A stretch of DNA of 63,935 nucleotides, filler included, from Diploschistes diacapsis (GCA_023645945.1; 23 parts of 23 records of this genome joined end to end with filler, not necessarily neighbours in it); one strand, 5' to 3'. Counted from the whole stretch's first letter, positions 35,831 to 49,326 are shown. The notes: generated from the sequence alone by a model not told the origin. Numbers and translations are program-made.

Positions 35831-37189
35831 ATGGAAACCTACCATGGTCACGTCAGAACGCCGGCTGATGCGATAATATTGTTCGAAGCGTGCCGCCTCG
35901 GTTCGCTGCCCCGAGTGCAGCGCAGGCTTTCCGAGAAGGAGCGGCAGTCCATCAAGTCCGGCTCGGTTTTCGTATGGGATGAGCGCGAGGCCGGCATGAG
36001 GAGGTGGACGGATGGAAAGTCATGGAGCGCCAGCCGGGTGTCGGGCAGTTTCCTTACGTACAGGGAGATGGAAGGAAAGCGCGGTGGAAGCTATCATTCT
36101 ACACCGCTGGCAAGAGCTGGTAGGACACCAGACAGCACCCGAGGAAGTGACTCGGACATTGACATGGGTGGAGACGAAGGTCCAGACGGATACCGTTACA
36201 AGCCGGACGGCTTGATGAAACAATCGTTCAGCATCACAACGTCCACGGGCAACCACTTGCACCTGATCAGCTACTACTCTCGCGCCCCCGCTGCTCAGGG
36301 GTTGATGCAGCCCGCCCACGATCCAGCGTTGAGGCACATTCGGCCCCAGAAGGGTATGTACCCGGAATCAACCGTCCACGACCAGCAGAACATTCCGGCC
36401 GTCACGCGAACACCCATGGCGACTCCTCCGGCCGCTCAAGTTCAACAGGTGAACGCGTATCCCAGGCCCGGTCAGCAGATGGCTTATGGGCCTCCTTCCG
36501 TCACGCACTGGCCCTCCCCTCCTCCCTGTTACGCTCATTATCCCTCAGCCGGCCTGCCACCTCCGCCCATGGGCTATGCGCCTGTCCCCCTTCAGTATTC
36601 TCAACCGATGGCTCCACTGCCACAAGCGGCGATAGTCACCTCCTACCCTAACGGAGGAACATCTACCCCTCCGATTGACAACCTTCCTCGGCCACACATT
36701 CCTAATGGTCATCATCGATCGACGAGTGCTAGCTCCTATCCAACCTACCTGCCCAATCCCTCTCCCCACCTAGGCCATGCTTCCCAAGTTTCGTCGGCGT
36801 CGACGGGCAACAGTCCGTCATCGACACCCCCCATGTCCAAGATCGATCCCCGCCTTGTAAATCCCTCGCCACTTTCTCACCATCAATCTCTTCCAGGCGT
36901 CCACAAGCGAGAGTCTGCTACCCGGACGCCATCGCCAGCGCCGAAACGAGAATTTTCCGCCACTCCAACCTCTCGAGACACCATTCTGACAAACGCAAGC
37001 ACCATCCCTAGCATTGGTGCCCTCGTCAATAGCGCATCCGAGGCCCAGGTGGCCGGAAGCCGCTCAGGTAGCCGAAGTCCCGGCGGCTCTCGATCCGAGA
37101 AGGGGCCGCAAGACATTCCTCACAGTAAGCTTGGCTTTGGCGAAGATATGCGCGCCCTACGTGTTCTGGACAGAGCTTTCAAGACATGA
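35831..37189 (+). CDS. pac2: Gti1/Pac2 (WOPR domain) transcription regulator, Pac2 clade
   Basis: METYHGHVRTPADAIILFEACRLG.LPRVQRRLSEKERQSIKSGSVFVWDEREAGMRRWTDGKSWSASRVSGSFLTYREME, YKPDGLMKQSFS and C-terminal EDMRALRVLDRAF. Confidence 0.93.
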   Translation: METYHGHVRTPADAIILFEACRLGSLPRVQRRLSEKERQSIKSGSVFVWDEREAGMRRWTDGKSWSASRVSGSFLTYREMEGKRGGSYHSTPLARAGRTPDSTRGSDSDIDMGGDEGPDGYRYKPDGLMKQSFSITTSTGNHLHLISYYSRAPAAQGLMQPAHDPALRHIRPQKGMYPESTVHDQQNIPAVTRTPMATPPAAQVQQVNAYPRPGQQMAYGPPSVTHWPSPPPCYAHYPSAGLPPPPMGYAPVPLQYSQPMAPLPQAAIVTSYPNGGTSTPPIDNLPRPHIPNGHHRSTSASSYPTYLPNPSPHLGHASQVSSASTGNSPSSTPPMSKIDPRLVNPSPLSHHQSLPGVHKRESATRTPSPAPKREFSATPTSRDTILTNASTIPSIGALVNSASEAQVAGSRSGSRSPGGSRSEKGPQDIPHSKLGFGEDMRALRVLDRAFKT

Positions 37190-37911
37190 GAGGAGCCTCT
37201 TCCGCCCTTTTAACCACTCCCTGCCGTTGTATTGCGATCATGAAATCTTACGAAGTTTATGAAGGATCAAAGAATCTACCCATCTAACGCGCAGCATCAC
37301 CCATTTACGCCATATCGGCGCGTTTCCACTTATTTTTTTCTTTTCATTTTCAGCATTGGATGTCGGGTATACGAAGTTCGATTCGACGAGGAAAAGCCAT
37401 GGACACAGGACTAGTGGTTGGAATCCCATCTGGTTTGGCTGATGCCCCCATATGGTAGGCCCAGAGTCATAGTAATGGGGCGATGGAAGCGACAGCAGCA
37501 CAGCATTGGGTGGTCAGCTGTAGAGTTTTTTGCGAGCTGTTATGAGAACAGAGATAGTATTAGCGGTACGGTTGGGAACCAGAGGAAAGCGAGCTGGGAG
37601 TGAAACTCCAACGGTGGCCGCAGTTGATAGAGATAGACGTGTGGCGCAAGCCTAATACTGGAGAAACAAGAAAGTTTCAAAAAACAAAAAAAACAGACAG
37701 CTCTGTCCATGGCCTGCGTGAACACTCATCTCCAGCACAGCCTTTCGCCTGACTCGTGCCATCTCCCGCTTCTCCCTTTCAAAACTAGGCCTCATGGGAG
37801 GATATCGTCCGAGCTTCAGCGCGGGACCTCCTATTCAAAATCCCTAATACAAGCCCCTTCCAAGATCCTCCATATGAAAGAAAGAAAAAAAATAAAAACT
37901 ACCCGGTACGG

Positions 37912-38043
37912 TAACTAACTAACTAACTAACCCCCACCAACTAACCAAAACCTAGCCACCCTCCCGCATCCCAGGATCCCTCAATCCTCGCTCCTCTCGC
38001 TTCCTTCTGGCCGGCCGACGACGACGACGACGACGACGACGAC
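37912..38043. repeat. Short simple repeats (CTAA)n and (GAC)n
   Basis: TAACTAACTAACTAACTAAC at ~37912-37931 and (GAC)9 at ~38017-38043. Confidence 0.8.
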
Positions 38044-40168
38044 AAGCCCGAACGGTCCGTCTTTCTACTGGGGTCCCCCTCCGAGACAACGCAGCCCGGG
38101 GGCGGGGGGGGGGAGGGACTCCAACTCCGACGCAGCGCGGTGGGCCCCTTTTGGTGGTAAAGGCAAGCGCNNNNNNNNNNNNNNNNNNNNNNNNNNNNNN
38201 NNNNNNNNNNNNNNTTAATTAATTAANNNNNNNNNNNNNNNNNNNNNNNNNNNNNNNNNNNNNNNNNNNNAGTTAACGAAATTTATTAAATTAATACGTA
38301 TTTACGTGAAAGCGGTCGAAAAAATAAATTAACGAAACGAACGACAGATTTAATAATTTTAATAATAATTCGAGAAAGATTTAATTAAACGAAACGAATT
38401 AGAATAATTATTAAATAAAAAGTAAAAGACTCGGGTCCGTTTAATTAACGAAATTATCGACTTACGAGTAGCGGTTAAAAAACTTTGAAATCAACGAGTA
38501 TTTATAAATCTAGTATAAACACAAGGCGCGCTGTCTAGGGAGACTTCCCTTGCTGTAGTAGGTAGATAGTCGTAGGTGGTGTAGTAGGGGAATGTAGTGT
38601 GATTTCGTAGTCAACAGCATACCTAGATAGGACATTTGTGAGGTGTAGGATGCATTGATTATCTAGAGCTACCTAGCAGGCCTTCTTAAATGGAGCTGCC
38701 CTGTGGGGATCACCCTTATCAAGTCTGCGGCTTACTTTTATATTTATATACGACCTCCCTTTTAATAGTTCGCTGTCCTATAACGAACTTTATATAAGTT
38801 TTATTAGTAGGAAATCTCTATCTCGCTATCTTTATATCCTAATATAGTTCTATACTTCTCCGGCAACTAAAATATTTAAAAATTTATTATTTTTAATACT
38901 CCTTTCTCGACGTAATCGTGCTTTTGAACCTATCTTTCTATATTTTATTTTCTTAAATACAATTAGACAGAAAGACGATACTTATTTAAAAATATCCTTA
39001 TTTCTAATCGTATTTATATCATCCGTAAATACTTCGCCCGACAGGTACAATTAATAACACGTCCTCTCTTTTCTTTTCTTTTATCCTTTCCTCGTCTCGT
39101 CATTATTAGTAAGGAGTTAACTGCAGATAAGCAAGTAGAAAAGTAAGTAAGGAGATTTATTACAAAATCAAACAAGCAACGAAGCATAAGACAAACAAAT
39201 CAATATATAAAAAAACAAACACGCAAATAAGAAAGCATCTAATAGACAAACAGGAAAGTAAGGTTGTTAAAGAACTAATAGATAACCGAATAGTTATATA
39301 AATAAGTAAACTTTTTTTTATTATAATTATAGATTTTTAAAGTCTTTTAATATTTTTTTTATTATATTATCTATTTATTTCCGCTCCCTTCCTCCTTCTC
39401 NNNNNNNNNNNNNNNNNNNNNNNNNNNNNNNNNNNNNNNNNNNNTTAATTAATTAANNNNNNNNNNNNNNNNNNNNNNNNNNNNNNNNNNNNNNNNNNNN
39501 GGGGGGGTTTGGGATAAGGGGAGGTTGCATACGGAGGTCGAGGGTCAAGGTGCGGCTAAGGCGGGGTGGGGTGTACGATGCAGCGAAGCGAATCGAACCG
39601 TGTTTTTCAATTTTTTTTTAAAATCCTCTATTCTGTTGCGAAAGCTGGCATGGGCGCATGGGTTATTGCGATTGGCGTTGTGGGCGAGCAACTAAGATGA
39701 ACTGGGGTGTGCATGGAAGGGAACGAGAACGAGCTCGAGCTCGAGCTGAGCAGCTTCGGTGTGCTTGTTAGGGTAAACGGACGTGAACCCCGAGCACGAA
39801 AATGCCTGGGAGCGACGGTAAGGCATGGTGGTTTCGTTGAGAGGGTTGCATTTCGTGGACCCTGCTGTTTATCGAAGAATATGCCTTTCGGGCAAATGTT
39901 CTGTTGCTCCCCTCTAACAAGAGGGAGAGTAGAAAAGAAGCATTTACAGCTAATGACTACTTGACTTCTATTGTACCAGGTAGAGAGGGCTCTACTGTAA
40001 CACCGAAATCCCGTACACCATGTTCCGTGCCGCCAGGTGCCTGCTGTCCGACGAAAAAGGCCGAATTTATATCCATCCATTGCATATTTCTCCATGCCAA
40101 TTACGCGCTTACAATTAAGCCCCAATGCACTGCGCACAACCCAGCTTCCCCCTTCCATTCCCTCATCC

Positions 40169-40629
40169 TCAAAGGGCATACTCTCCCCTCCGCCCCACAC
40201 CAACCGCCTCCCCATCCGCCTGCATAACCTCCGGCAACTTCGCCGCAATCTGCCTCGCCTCGCCCCTAACCTGCTCCGCCTCGCTGCCCATCCCCTGCGT
40301 CTCCAGACTCTCGGCCAGCAGCCCATCTGCGACGCTCGTCCACAGATCGTTCTTCTGCCTGCGCGCCATATTCAGCGCCGTACGCGCGCTTTTCAGACTC
40401 TGGTCGCCCACCAAACCCCTGAAGAAATTCTCCGTCATGAAGTTGAGCGCAATGCAGGTGAGCTGGTTGTTGGCCGTGATTTTGGCCTCGGTGAGGACCC
40501 TGGCGAGGTTCTCTTTGGTCTTGAGGAGCTCGTGCTGAGTGTTGGCGGTGATGGAGAGGACGAGGGAGTGGGCGGCGCGGAGGTTGCGGGATTGGGTGGT
40601 CTTCGGGAGGGAGGAGAGGGAGGAGAGGA
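40169..40629 (-). CDS. 3' fragment of cohesin loader subunit Scc4/Ssl3/MAU2-like gene
   Basis: Open frame ...ANNQLTCIALNFMTENFFRGLVGDQSLKSARTA...LWTSVADGLLAESLETQG..EA, resembling the C-terminus of fungal cohesin loading factor; truncated by the contig edge. Confidence 0.7.
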
Positions 40630-40939
40630 NNNNNNNNNNNNNNNNNNNNNNNNNNNNNNNNNNNNNNNNNNNNTTAATTAATTAANNNNNNNNNNNNNNN
40701 NNNNNNNNNNNNNNNNNNNNNNNNNNNNNTAGCCAATAACCATAATTATTATAATTATTATAAAATCCCCTGATATAACAAGTTTATATCTACATAAATA
40801 ATGTTTTTAATAAATATTAAAATAATAAGACAAACCCTTGCAACTTTGACCCAAAAGCATCCTAATAATATATCTTATATTGCTCTCTTTTCTCTTATCT
40901 CCAAAACAATCCTACCCTTCTATCAAACTTACTTCCATC

Positions 40940-41302
40940 TCGTAGATATAATCCTTATCCTATACTCCTTATAATCCTACCTCTACGGCGTTAATATATC
41001 TTATTGCGAACTCGGCGATTCGGTTTATTAAATATCGTTATAATTCTTATGTTATAATCTATATATCGTCAATAATATCGTATCTTAATTATCGTATTAA
41101 GTATTAAATATTCTATCCGCGTCCTTTACGTATACGGCGCTTAATTAATAATCGCTCGACCTCGTATTTTTCGTCGATTCCTATCGTTATAAATAACGAC
41201 GGTAAAGGTTGTCGGCGGTAAAGATCGTTAATTAAATCTAACATCGGCTTAAAATACGCAATATTAATAATATCGTAAATACGGTAATAGTCCGATAATT
41301 AT
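40940..41302 (-). mobile_element. Gypsy (chromovirus) chromodomain relic, RIP-mutated; a second copy lies at ~43990-44314
   Basis: Translation DEKYEVERLLIKRRIRKGRG*..YLIR*..Y...DD.* has stops at expected Trp positions. Confidence 0.75.
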
Positions 41303-41858
41303 TGAAACGCCAGCGCAGGAAAAGATGCTATTCTACCGGGGGCTGAGCCTGATCCGGAAGGATTAGGTGTAGCTTAAGCATCTGCAGGTAAAAGGTCTCG
41401 ATTCGAAAAGCTAAAAAAGAAATTATCTAGGTGGAAAGAAGGTACCGTTAAGTAATGTGAATGTTAGACTTACCGGGGTTCGAGGACTACCCATTTATAC
41501 AACCACCTCCTGACCCTGCCGTGTCTTGGCAAGCATTTGGGCATTGATCCTGTCGTGGCTTGGCAAGCCCCTAGGCATTAACCCTGCCGTGGCTTAACAA
41601 GCCCCTAGGCTGGGCTGTTTTACTACCTCTTTTTTTAGATGCTTGTGTTTCTTACAAACGCGATATTCTTTTTTAGTTAATTTCTATTTCGATCTTCACC
41701 CCTTTTCTAATTTATTTAAAAAGATATTCGTTATTTTTTCGTAATAAATATTTTTATTTTTTTAAATTTCTTTTAACGTCGTTTTTAATTGCTCGTTTTT
41801 TTCCGAAAATATAACATCGGGTTAATTATTTATCTTCGATGGGATCTCAGGTTTAAAA
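41303..41858 (-). mobile_element. LTR family B (41303-41622) plus adjacent internal 3' region
   Basis: Reverse complement of 45878-46162 and its upstream flank; internal ~32-bp tandem units. Confidence 0.75.
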
Positions 41859-42779
41859 NNNNNNNNNNNNNNNNNNNNNNNNNNNNNNNNNNNNNNNNNN
41901 NNTTAATTAATTAANNNNNNNNNNNNNNNNNNNNNNNNNNNNNNNNNNNNNNNNNNNNGCTTGGGATTAGGTGCAGGTAGGACATGAGGTCGTTCTGGAT
42001 GGGTGTGTACGATGAAACGGGGATGGGAATGCAATACTTGGGCATCTGGTTAAACTGGCGGCGGCGTAGGGTGGGAGAGCATGAGATACCCCGAATCGTA
42101 AATTTTGCGCAGTTGTGCAGATTCATATACGCATATAAGGCAAAAAAAAAAATTCGATAGCACGAGCCGCCACTGCTGGCGTCGTCTCCAAAAAAAATCG
42201 ATTGCATGAGTTTCATATAGTTAGAATACTCGCGTAGACTTCTGCTGTAAGATTTTCATACATGTCCAGAAGCCTTCTGGAACATTTCAAAATCATACGG
42301 TGCTCGCTAGTATGACGCTATGGTTTTGGGCAGGGAAGTACTTTGTGTCGACTCGGAGGGTAAGGCTCTGGGAAAAAGTAATAGCCGGCGGTCAAGGGGG
42401 GGGTTTTTTTTGGGGCGCACATGTGTAGTATGTAACAGAATAGGTACCATGTTGTAGCAGCGTCGTGCCATGATGTTGATTCTGTCAAATCCGTGGGGCG
42501 TGCTCGAGGATGATACCCTTACCTACCAAACGCCGTTACCCTCGTGATCGTCAAGCAAATGGAAGACTGCCGTTTCTAGATCCCTTGAACCACGTCCGTG
42601 AACGCCAACGATGGTTATTCCGTCCAAAGAGCATGGGTATATCATCGCGCACCCCGCCCCCCTACTATTTCTCGTCTCTCCTTCCCTGTCCTTACAATCC
42701 CCCTCCAACGTTCCCAGTCCAGCCCAACCCAACGCAGCCCTCCACTCCCAAGGCCCCTACCCTTCCCTTCCCTAACCCG

Positions 42780-43086
42780 CTATCTCGCCTCCGAATAATC
42801 ATTCAACGCCACGCAAACCGCGCCCCGATGATGCCCGTTATACTGCCTGATAATCGTCTGCGCCCCGAGCTCCCACAGCCGCGCATAGTGGTCGCTGGAC
42901 GCCGTCACCAGGTACGCGCTGTCGGCGCTGAACGCGCAGTCCCAGACCCAGCGCTGGTGTGCGCCTAGGTTTGCTTCGAGGGGGAAGGGCGCCGGCTTAT
43001 TCGCACCGTTGGCGCCGTTGGCACCAGTGCCAGCGCCGGCTGTGCCTGCGCCTTGTTGCTGCGGGGTTGGCGGCGCGGCTTGGCCG
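42780..43086 (-). CDS. LST8: 3' fragment of TOR complex subunit LST8 (WD40)
   Basis: HQRWVWDCAFSADSAYLVTASSDHYARLWEL..QYNGHHRGAVCVALND, then stop. Confidence 0.93.
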
Positions 43087-44414
43087 NNNNNNNNNNNNNN
43101 NNNNNNNNNNNNNNNNNNNNNNNNNNNNNNTTAATTAATTAANNNNNNNNNNNNNNNNNNNNNNNNNNNNNNNNNNNNNNNNNNNNTGATTCGAGGTTAA
43201 AAAAGGGCTGTAAAATGTAGGTGAAGGGATCCGGTAAGTCGAATAAAACTTATTAAACACGGTTATAAAATTAATAAATTATAATTTAGTATTTATAAAG
43301 CTTATTTAAGCGTTTCGATTCGTAATAGCTCGATTCCGAGTTATTAAAAATAATTTAATCTATTCCGAACGTGCTATACGCGATTTATTTAATCGAGTAA
43401 TATGATCCGTCTCTTACGCCAACGCGCTTTTTAACGGCGAAAACACTGCGACATCGAATAATTAAAGAAGATAAGAATTATACGATAATAATATTATTAA
43501 ATCGATTCGATTAGATATATAAAAACGAATAATATTAATAATAATATAATTATTATAATCGTTTATAATTAATAAATGACGCGTTTCGGGTCGATTTGCA
43601 GTATGGGCTCAGATTATTAGTGGGAAGAAAGATGCATTGCAAAAGCTACTGAGGGCAGCGAGCCCTTATAGGTACAAGTGGGTGGATGCCGTTAGGCATC
43701 CACTATCTCGTCACAAGCTACGGCAGCGAGGGTAGGTGCAAGCAGGTCTAATAAGGGAAAGCGAGCCTCTTAATAGTTAGTTGTTACTATAATATTTACC
43801 GATATAAAAATACTTATGTCCCTATAGGCTGTATTCTAAATAAATATTCAAAGCGCGAGATAAACCCTCGGCACTTAGTTTTAAAATATCTTGATAATAT
43901 CTCTTATATTACTTTATTTTTTTAATTTTTAAAGTAATCCTGCTTCTTTATTAAAATCATTTCTATATCGTAGATATAGTTCTTGTTCTATATTTCTTGT
44001 AGTCCAGCTTTTATAGCGTCGGCGTGTCTCGTTTCGAATTTAAAAATCCGGTGTATCGAATATTTTTACAATTTTCGTTTTATGATTTATATGTCGTCGG
44101 TAGCATCATATTTTAGCTAACGTATTAAGTACTATATGTTTTATCCGCGTTTCTTGCGTATACGGCGTTTGGTTAATAGTCGTTTTATTTCGTACTTCTC
44201 ATCGATCCCGATCGTTATAGGTGATAGCGGTAAAGGTCGTCGGTAGTAAAGGTTATTAATTAGGTTTAATATCGGCTTAAGATGCGTAATATTAATAATA
44301 TCGTGAATATAATANNNNNNNNNNNNNNNNNNNNNNNNNNNNNNNNNNNNNNNNNNNNTTAATTAATTAANNNNNNNNNNNNNNNNNNNNNNNNNNNNNN
44401 NNNNNNNNNNNNNN

Positions 44415-44812
44415 AGTTAAACGAGACCGTATTAATGTTTTTTATATACCTATAGACAAAATAATTACCGACGGATTAACGAAATTATTAAATTACGCCA
44501 AGTACGACATAGTCGTTAAAAAACTTGGATTAATATAAAAGATATTTAATTGGATTAAATGAATATGCCGATAGTTCCGCCCGTAAGGGAGTATTGAGCA
44601 GGCAGGTAGAATATATAGCTGGGAAATTCAGCTAAACCTCAGGTTCAGATTCAGTTCAGCTGAACCTACTAGGGTTTTTGCTAATCCTAATCGGGAGTAG
44701 TGCAAGTCTATAGGGCTTAATGGATCCTATTGGTATAAGAGCTTGCATGCAGATTATTCCTTTTAGTTAGATCTCTAGATATCTAGATTTCAATACATGC
44801 GTTGCCCAAAAC
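44415..44812 (+). mobile_element. Copia 3' end: RNase H relic, PPT and LTR family C
   Basis: ITDGLTKLL (ADGLTK-like) relic, purine tract AAGGGAG, LTR from ~44592. Related LTRs at 48848-49069 and ~51975-52212 (minus strand, with its own RNase H relic to ~52560). Confidence 0.7.
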
Positions 44813-44879
44813 GTTAATAAATTTAAAAAATATTATTAAATATTTAAATAATCCGTAACGTATTCTGAATATTATTTTC

Positions 44880-45542
44880 TATTTTTCGCCCTTTTTTAAT
44901 CTTATAAGGTTAAAGTTTGCTCGTTAGTCTAACTTCGTATATCATAATACGCCATATAATCGATTTCGCAACTCTTAAATGTTTAATATGGAATAACGGT
45001 TCTTTACGATAATAACGTTGAGCTTCCGAAAGTCGATATAAGATCGAAAAGTTTATCTTTTTTTACATTTAGGTTTCGGTACGAAAATAATTGGAAATAA
45101 TATTAGTAATTTGGATTTACGAATCTATCCTTTTTTAAACATTTCTTAAAGATATTATTTAAGGAATTTCAGCTTTATTACTGTTATGATCTCTATCTCT
45201 ACAATGTAGACACGAGGTATTGATCAAGATAGGTTTAGTCTCTGTTAGAAGAAGAATGCAAGCAAGAGAAGAAGTAGATCGGTAACAGGTCTGTTTTAAT
45301 CTTTAAAAAGATTGCTATCTATTAATAAAAATAACGAATATAAATTGATCTCGAGTAATCGCTAAGAATGTTTATAAAAATAAATATATTAAGATTTATA
45401 GAAGCCATAACGACGTTTCCATATAATCAACTATTCTCTAACGGAATAAATTAGTAGATAGATAGAATTACCGTTCTCTCGTTCTACCTATAGAAAGTAA
45501 AATAGCCTTTAAGGCTTTTTACTTATCACGTGATTCTGTCTC
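44880..45542 (-). mobile_element. Gypsy RT relic interrupted by an LTR family A variant (45182-45542)
   Basis: Relic PIIFVPK..DFRKLN..KNRY motifs; LTR end TGTTATGATCTCTATCT on the plus strand at 45182. Confidence 0.65.
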
Positions 45543-45642
45543 NNNNNNNNNNNNNNNNNNNNNNNNNNNNNNNNNNNNNNNNNNNNTTAATTAATTAANN
45601 NNNNNNNNNNNNNNNNNNNNNNNNNNNNNNNNNNNNNNNNNN

Positions 45643-46162
45643 TTAAAATAAGACGATATCGATCATTACGACGATTATATTCTTTTATAGAATCTAAAAA
45701 CGTATTTAATTAAAAATAACGTTAAAAGAGATTTAAAGAGGCGGAAACATCTATTATAAAAGAATAACGAATATTCTTTTAAATAAATTAAAAAAAGGGG
45801 TGAAGATCGAAATAGAGATTAATTAAAAAAAGAATATCGCGTTTATAAGAGACATAAGTATCTGGAGAGGGAGGTAGTGAGACAGCTTAGTTCAGGGGCT
45901 TGCCAAGCCACGGCAGGGTCAATGCCCAGGTGCTTGCCAAGACACGGCAGGGTCAGGGGGTGGTTGTGTAGATGGGTAGTCCCCGAACCCCGGTAGGCTG
46001 GCACCTATATTACTTAACGGTGCCTTCCTCCCACCTAGATAGTTTTTTCTTTAGCTTTTCGAAGCGAGACCTTTTCTCAATAGATGCCTAAGCTACACCT
46101 AATCCTTCCGGATCAGGCCCAGCCCCCGGTAGAGTAGCATCCTTTCCTGCGCTAGCGTTTCA
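45643..46162 (+). mobile_element. 3' end of an LTR retrotransposon: PPT plus LTR family B (45878-46162)
   Basis: GGAGAGGGAGGTAG immediately before TGAGACA...GCGTTTCA (TG...CA termini). Confidence 0.8.
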
Positions 46163-46770
46163 GGGACCTTAATAAGAAATCATAATAGATTTCATTACAA
46201 AAATCCCACCGAATAAAAGCAACGAAACCGTTATAAACTTAATATTAATAATAATAGATAGATATACTAAAATAATGTAATATCTAGTATGTTTTAAAAC
46301 AATAAGCTTAAACGAATTAATAGAAACTCTTATACGAGAAATCTTTGTTAGGTACGAAGGCCCAAAAAATTATTTTAGATCGAGGTATAGTATTTATAAG
46401 TTTCTTTTGGTCGGATTTCTATTATTAAATAAAAATAAAAAATAGGTTTAATATAGCTTTCTATTTTTAAACCGATGGATAAATAGAACGCCAGAATCAA
46501 ACAATCGAGCATTATTTGCGAGTATACTGCGATGCGGATCAAGAGGATTGGCCAGAACTATTATATTTAGCCGAATTTACGTATAATTCTTCTATGAATT
46601 CTAGTATAAAAATAACCTTTTTTAAAGCATTATATGGCTACGAGCCGACGATGCAATAGATATTCAAGGACGAATATAGGGAAAGGGAAGTATTAGCCGT
46701 AACGGAACGGTTGAGAGAAATTGAAGAAGCAAGAAAACTATTAACCAATAATTTAATAGCTGCCTAGGAA
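46163..46770 (+). mobile_element. Gypsy integrase relic, RIP-mutated
   Basis: DFITK.P, DRYTK, TDG*.ERQNQTIEHYLRVY, DW..L..AEF.YN. Confidence 0.85.
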
Positions 46771-46870
46771 NNNNNNNNNNNNNNNNNNNNNNNNNNNNNN
46801 NNNNNNNNNNNNNNTTAATTAATTAANNNNNNNNNNNNNNNNNNNNNNNNNNNNNNNNNNNNNNNNNNNN

Positions 46871-47525
46871 GAATATAATCTGTTGTGAGGCGGGTTAGAT
46901 GGACGGCTTCTGCACCGCTTCTGGAGGGGGAGAGGAGGGGAGGAGGGTAATGAGATATAGGAAAGGAAAGGAGAGGAAAGTGAGGAGGCTTACGCGTTGG
47001 TTCGTGATGTAAGCTCGACCTCCGCTGGAGGATATGTTGAGCGGCGTGCGGCCGGGGAAGCTGTTTGGGGTTGTGAGGGCGAGGGCAGTGCGCGGAGGTG
47101 AGGTGAAGAGGATGCGCTCTTTGGGGAGGGGGACGAAGGTTTGTTGGCTCGCGTCGAGCATTACCCAGCTAGGCGAGACGCAGGTTAGTATATATTGTCT
47201 GCTGTGGGAGGTGCTAGGATTGGGTGTAGGATTGCAGGTTCTTGGAGGCATGAAGCGGGAGAGATAAATCTATGTAGAAGAGATATATGGGCCTGATATC
47301 AAGGGAAACGATAGGGCCAGAATACAAGCACAGACAGAAAAGGGTGACGGGCATACAACGAGGCCCCCTGAGAACATCAAGAAAACAAATGAGACAGTAA
47401 TCTTGGGGTGTATCACTATTGAAGCGCTCAACACCATAAAAAAGACTCCTAGGGTTTGGTATTGCGGAAAGATACAGTGGAACAAATACTGGAGTGAGAG
47501 TGGCGGGCACTTACTTGATAGACAT
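46871..47525 (-). CDS. 5' fragment of a WBP2-like / UPF0664 (GRAM-like) protein
   Basis: 11-nt first exon ATGTCTATCAA (47515-47525), intron 47169-47514, exon 46994-47168 and intron 46880-46993 give MSINWVML..FVPLPKE..TSPPR..G.AYITNQR-IIF. Confidence 0.8.
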
Positions 47526-48098
47526 CTTGGACAGTAGCGCCTGCCCAAGAGCAACGTAGTCGACTGATAAAACGTAACGTATACTGGATGGATAGATGAT
47601 AATTAAACACACGGGCTTCAAGGATGAAAGCAGGTCATGCCAGGGGAAGCCTGAGGTTGAGACGTAAATCCAGCAGGAACAGTAGACTCTCAAGTGGGGC
47701 TCGAGTATCAATGAGGCTCAGAGAGTTTGATGTTGGATCTTCGTACGTGCGGTGAGATAGAAGGCTGATTCTGGGATGAGGTGGTGCTATCGATTGCTTT
47801 CGAAGTACAGGTAGACTACAGACAGTACTTGGTCGGCAACGGGTCAGCCTCCATTCCACGCAGAGCAGTTATTGTGACCGAAATAAATATATATTTTACC
47901 ATTAGCCTTTACGCCCTTTTTGCGGGTCTTTCAAGTGATGTTTATTATAAGTTTTTTTACACCCACGCTCCTTTAAAACAAATATCACCATTCGAATCNN
48001 NNNNNNNNNNNNNNNNNNNNNNNNNNNNNNNNNNNNNNNNNNTTAATTAATTAANNNNNNNNNNNNNNNNNNNNNNNNNNNNNNNNNNNNNNNNNNNN

Positions 48099-48763
48099 TA
48101 ATATAAGAAAGTTAATTTATATAAGACGTGTAATTTATTATATTAATATCTTTTCTTTTAAATTTAAGAAGATTTAAGTCGTTTCGTGGTTATTAGAGTA
48201 AGATTAAGTTTTATTAAGTCGATCTATAATGATCGATCGAGATATTTTAAATACGCGGACAGTTTCTCGAATGTTGATATATTATCATAATTTTATAACT
48301 TATAAATAGTAGTTGATATTAAATTTTATTAAAATCGAATTATTACGATGCGAGGTAGTCATTATTAAGAAAAATCGAATATAAGATGAAAATAGTGATT
48401 TAAGGTGGCCGGACTCTGGGGGTGGCCGGACTGACCGTCAAACACGTTATTTTAATTCAGATTTACGCATAAAACCGCTTATAATGATGTATTCAAAAAA
48501 CATATTTTTGCTGCGTTTTGACCGACTTTGAAAGATTAAATAATACGTGTTTTCGATTCGTTATTTTCAATTCCCTTGAAAAAAATAACTGCTGACATAA
48601 TCCATGTGCACTTTTCGGGTATGCTAAATGATTAAGCAAATAGTAATGTTTGGAAACCAAATCAAAAATAACGATTAAATTCGAAGAGTTATTAAAGATT
48701 TAAAATATTTCTTGGCAAAAGTGGCCCAGATGGGGGGGTGGCCCAGATGACCGTGAAACACGT
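48099..48763. mobile_element. Two ends of a second Fot1-like family (ACGTGTTT TIR); further ends at 19141-19155, 49799-50100 and 52667-52908
   Basis: TIR (TA)ACGTGTTT[G/C]ACGG followed by paired GGCCACC motifs; ends at 48447 and 48763 are each followed by TA. Confidence 0.7.
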
Positions 48764-49326
48764 TATAGATTATAAAGAAAACAAATTAGATCGTAAGTTT
48801 ACGTATAGATATATCTTTCAGCTATACGGTGGACTAATATTCTAAATTGTTGAGCAGGCAGGCAGAATGCATGGCTGGGAAGTTCAGCTGAACCTCAGCT
48901 TCAGGTTCAGTTCAGCTGAACTTACTGGGGTTCCTGCTAATCCTAATCGGGAGTAGTGCAAGTCTATAGGGCTTAATGGATTCTATTAATATAAAAGCTT
49001 ACATATAAACTCTTTCTTCTAATTAAATCTTTAGATATTTAAATTTCAATACATGCGTTACTCAAAAAATTATAAGCCCGGGTTAATTTACTATCCCGTC
49101 GCGTTTATGTATTGAAAATAATATCTCCGGGCAAGTATTATCGTTACGACTACGGGATCTAATTACGCTACCTATTACAAGTTAAATTAAAAAGATCTTA
49201 AAAGCCTAAGATCTAGATTATAGCACNNNNNNNNNNNNNNNNNNNNNNNNNNNNNNNNNNNNNNNNNNNNTTAATTAATTAANNNNNNNNNNNNNNNNNN
49301 NNNNNNNNNNNNNNNNNNNNNNNNNN

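Noticed and set aside
37912..37950. Telomere-like repeat
   Set aside because: The unit is CTAA rather than CCCTAA, it is short, and it is not at a contig end.
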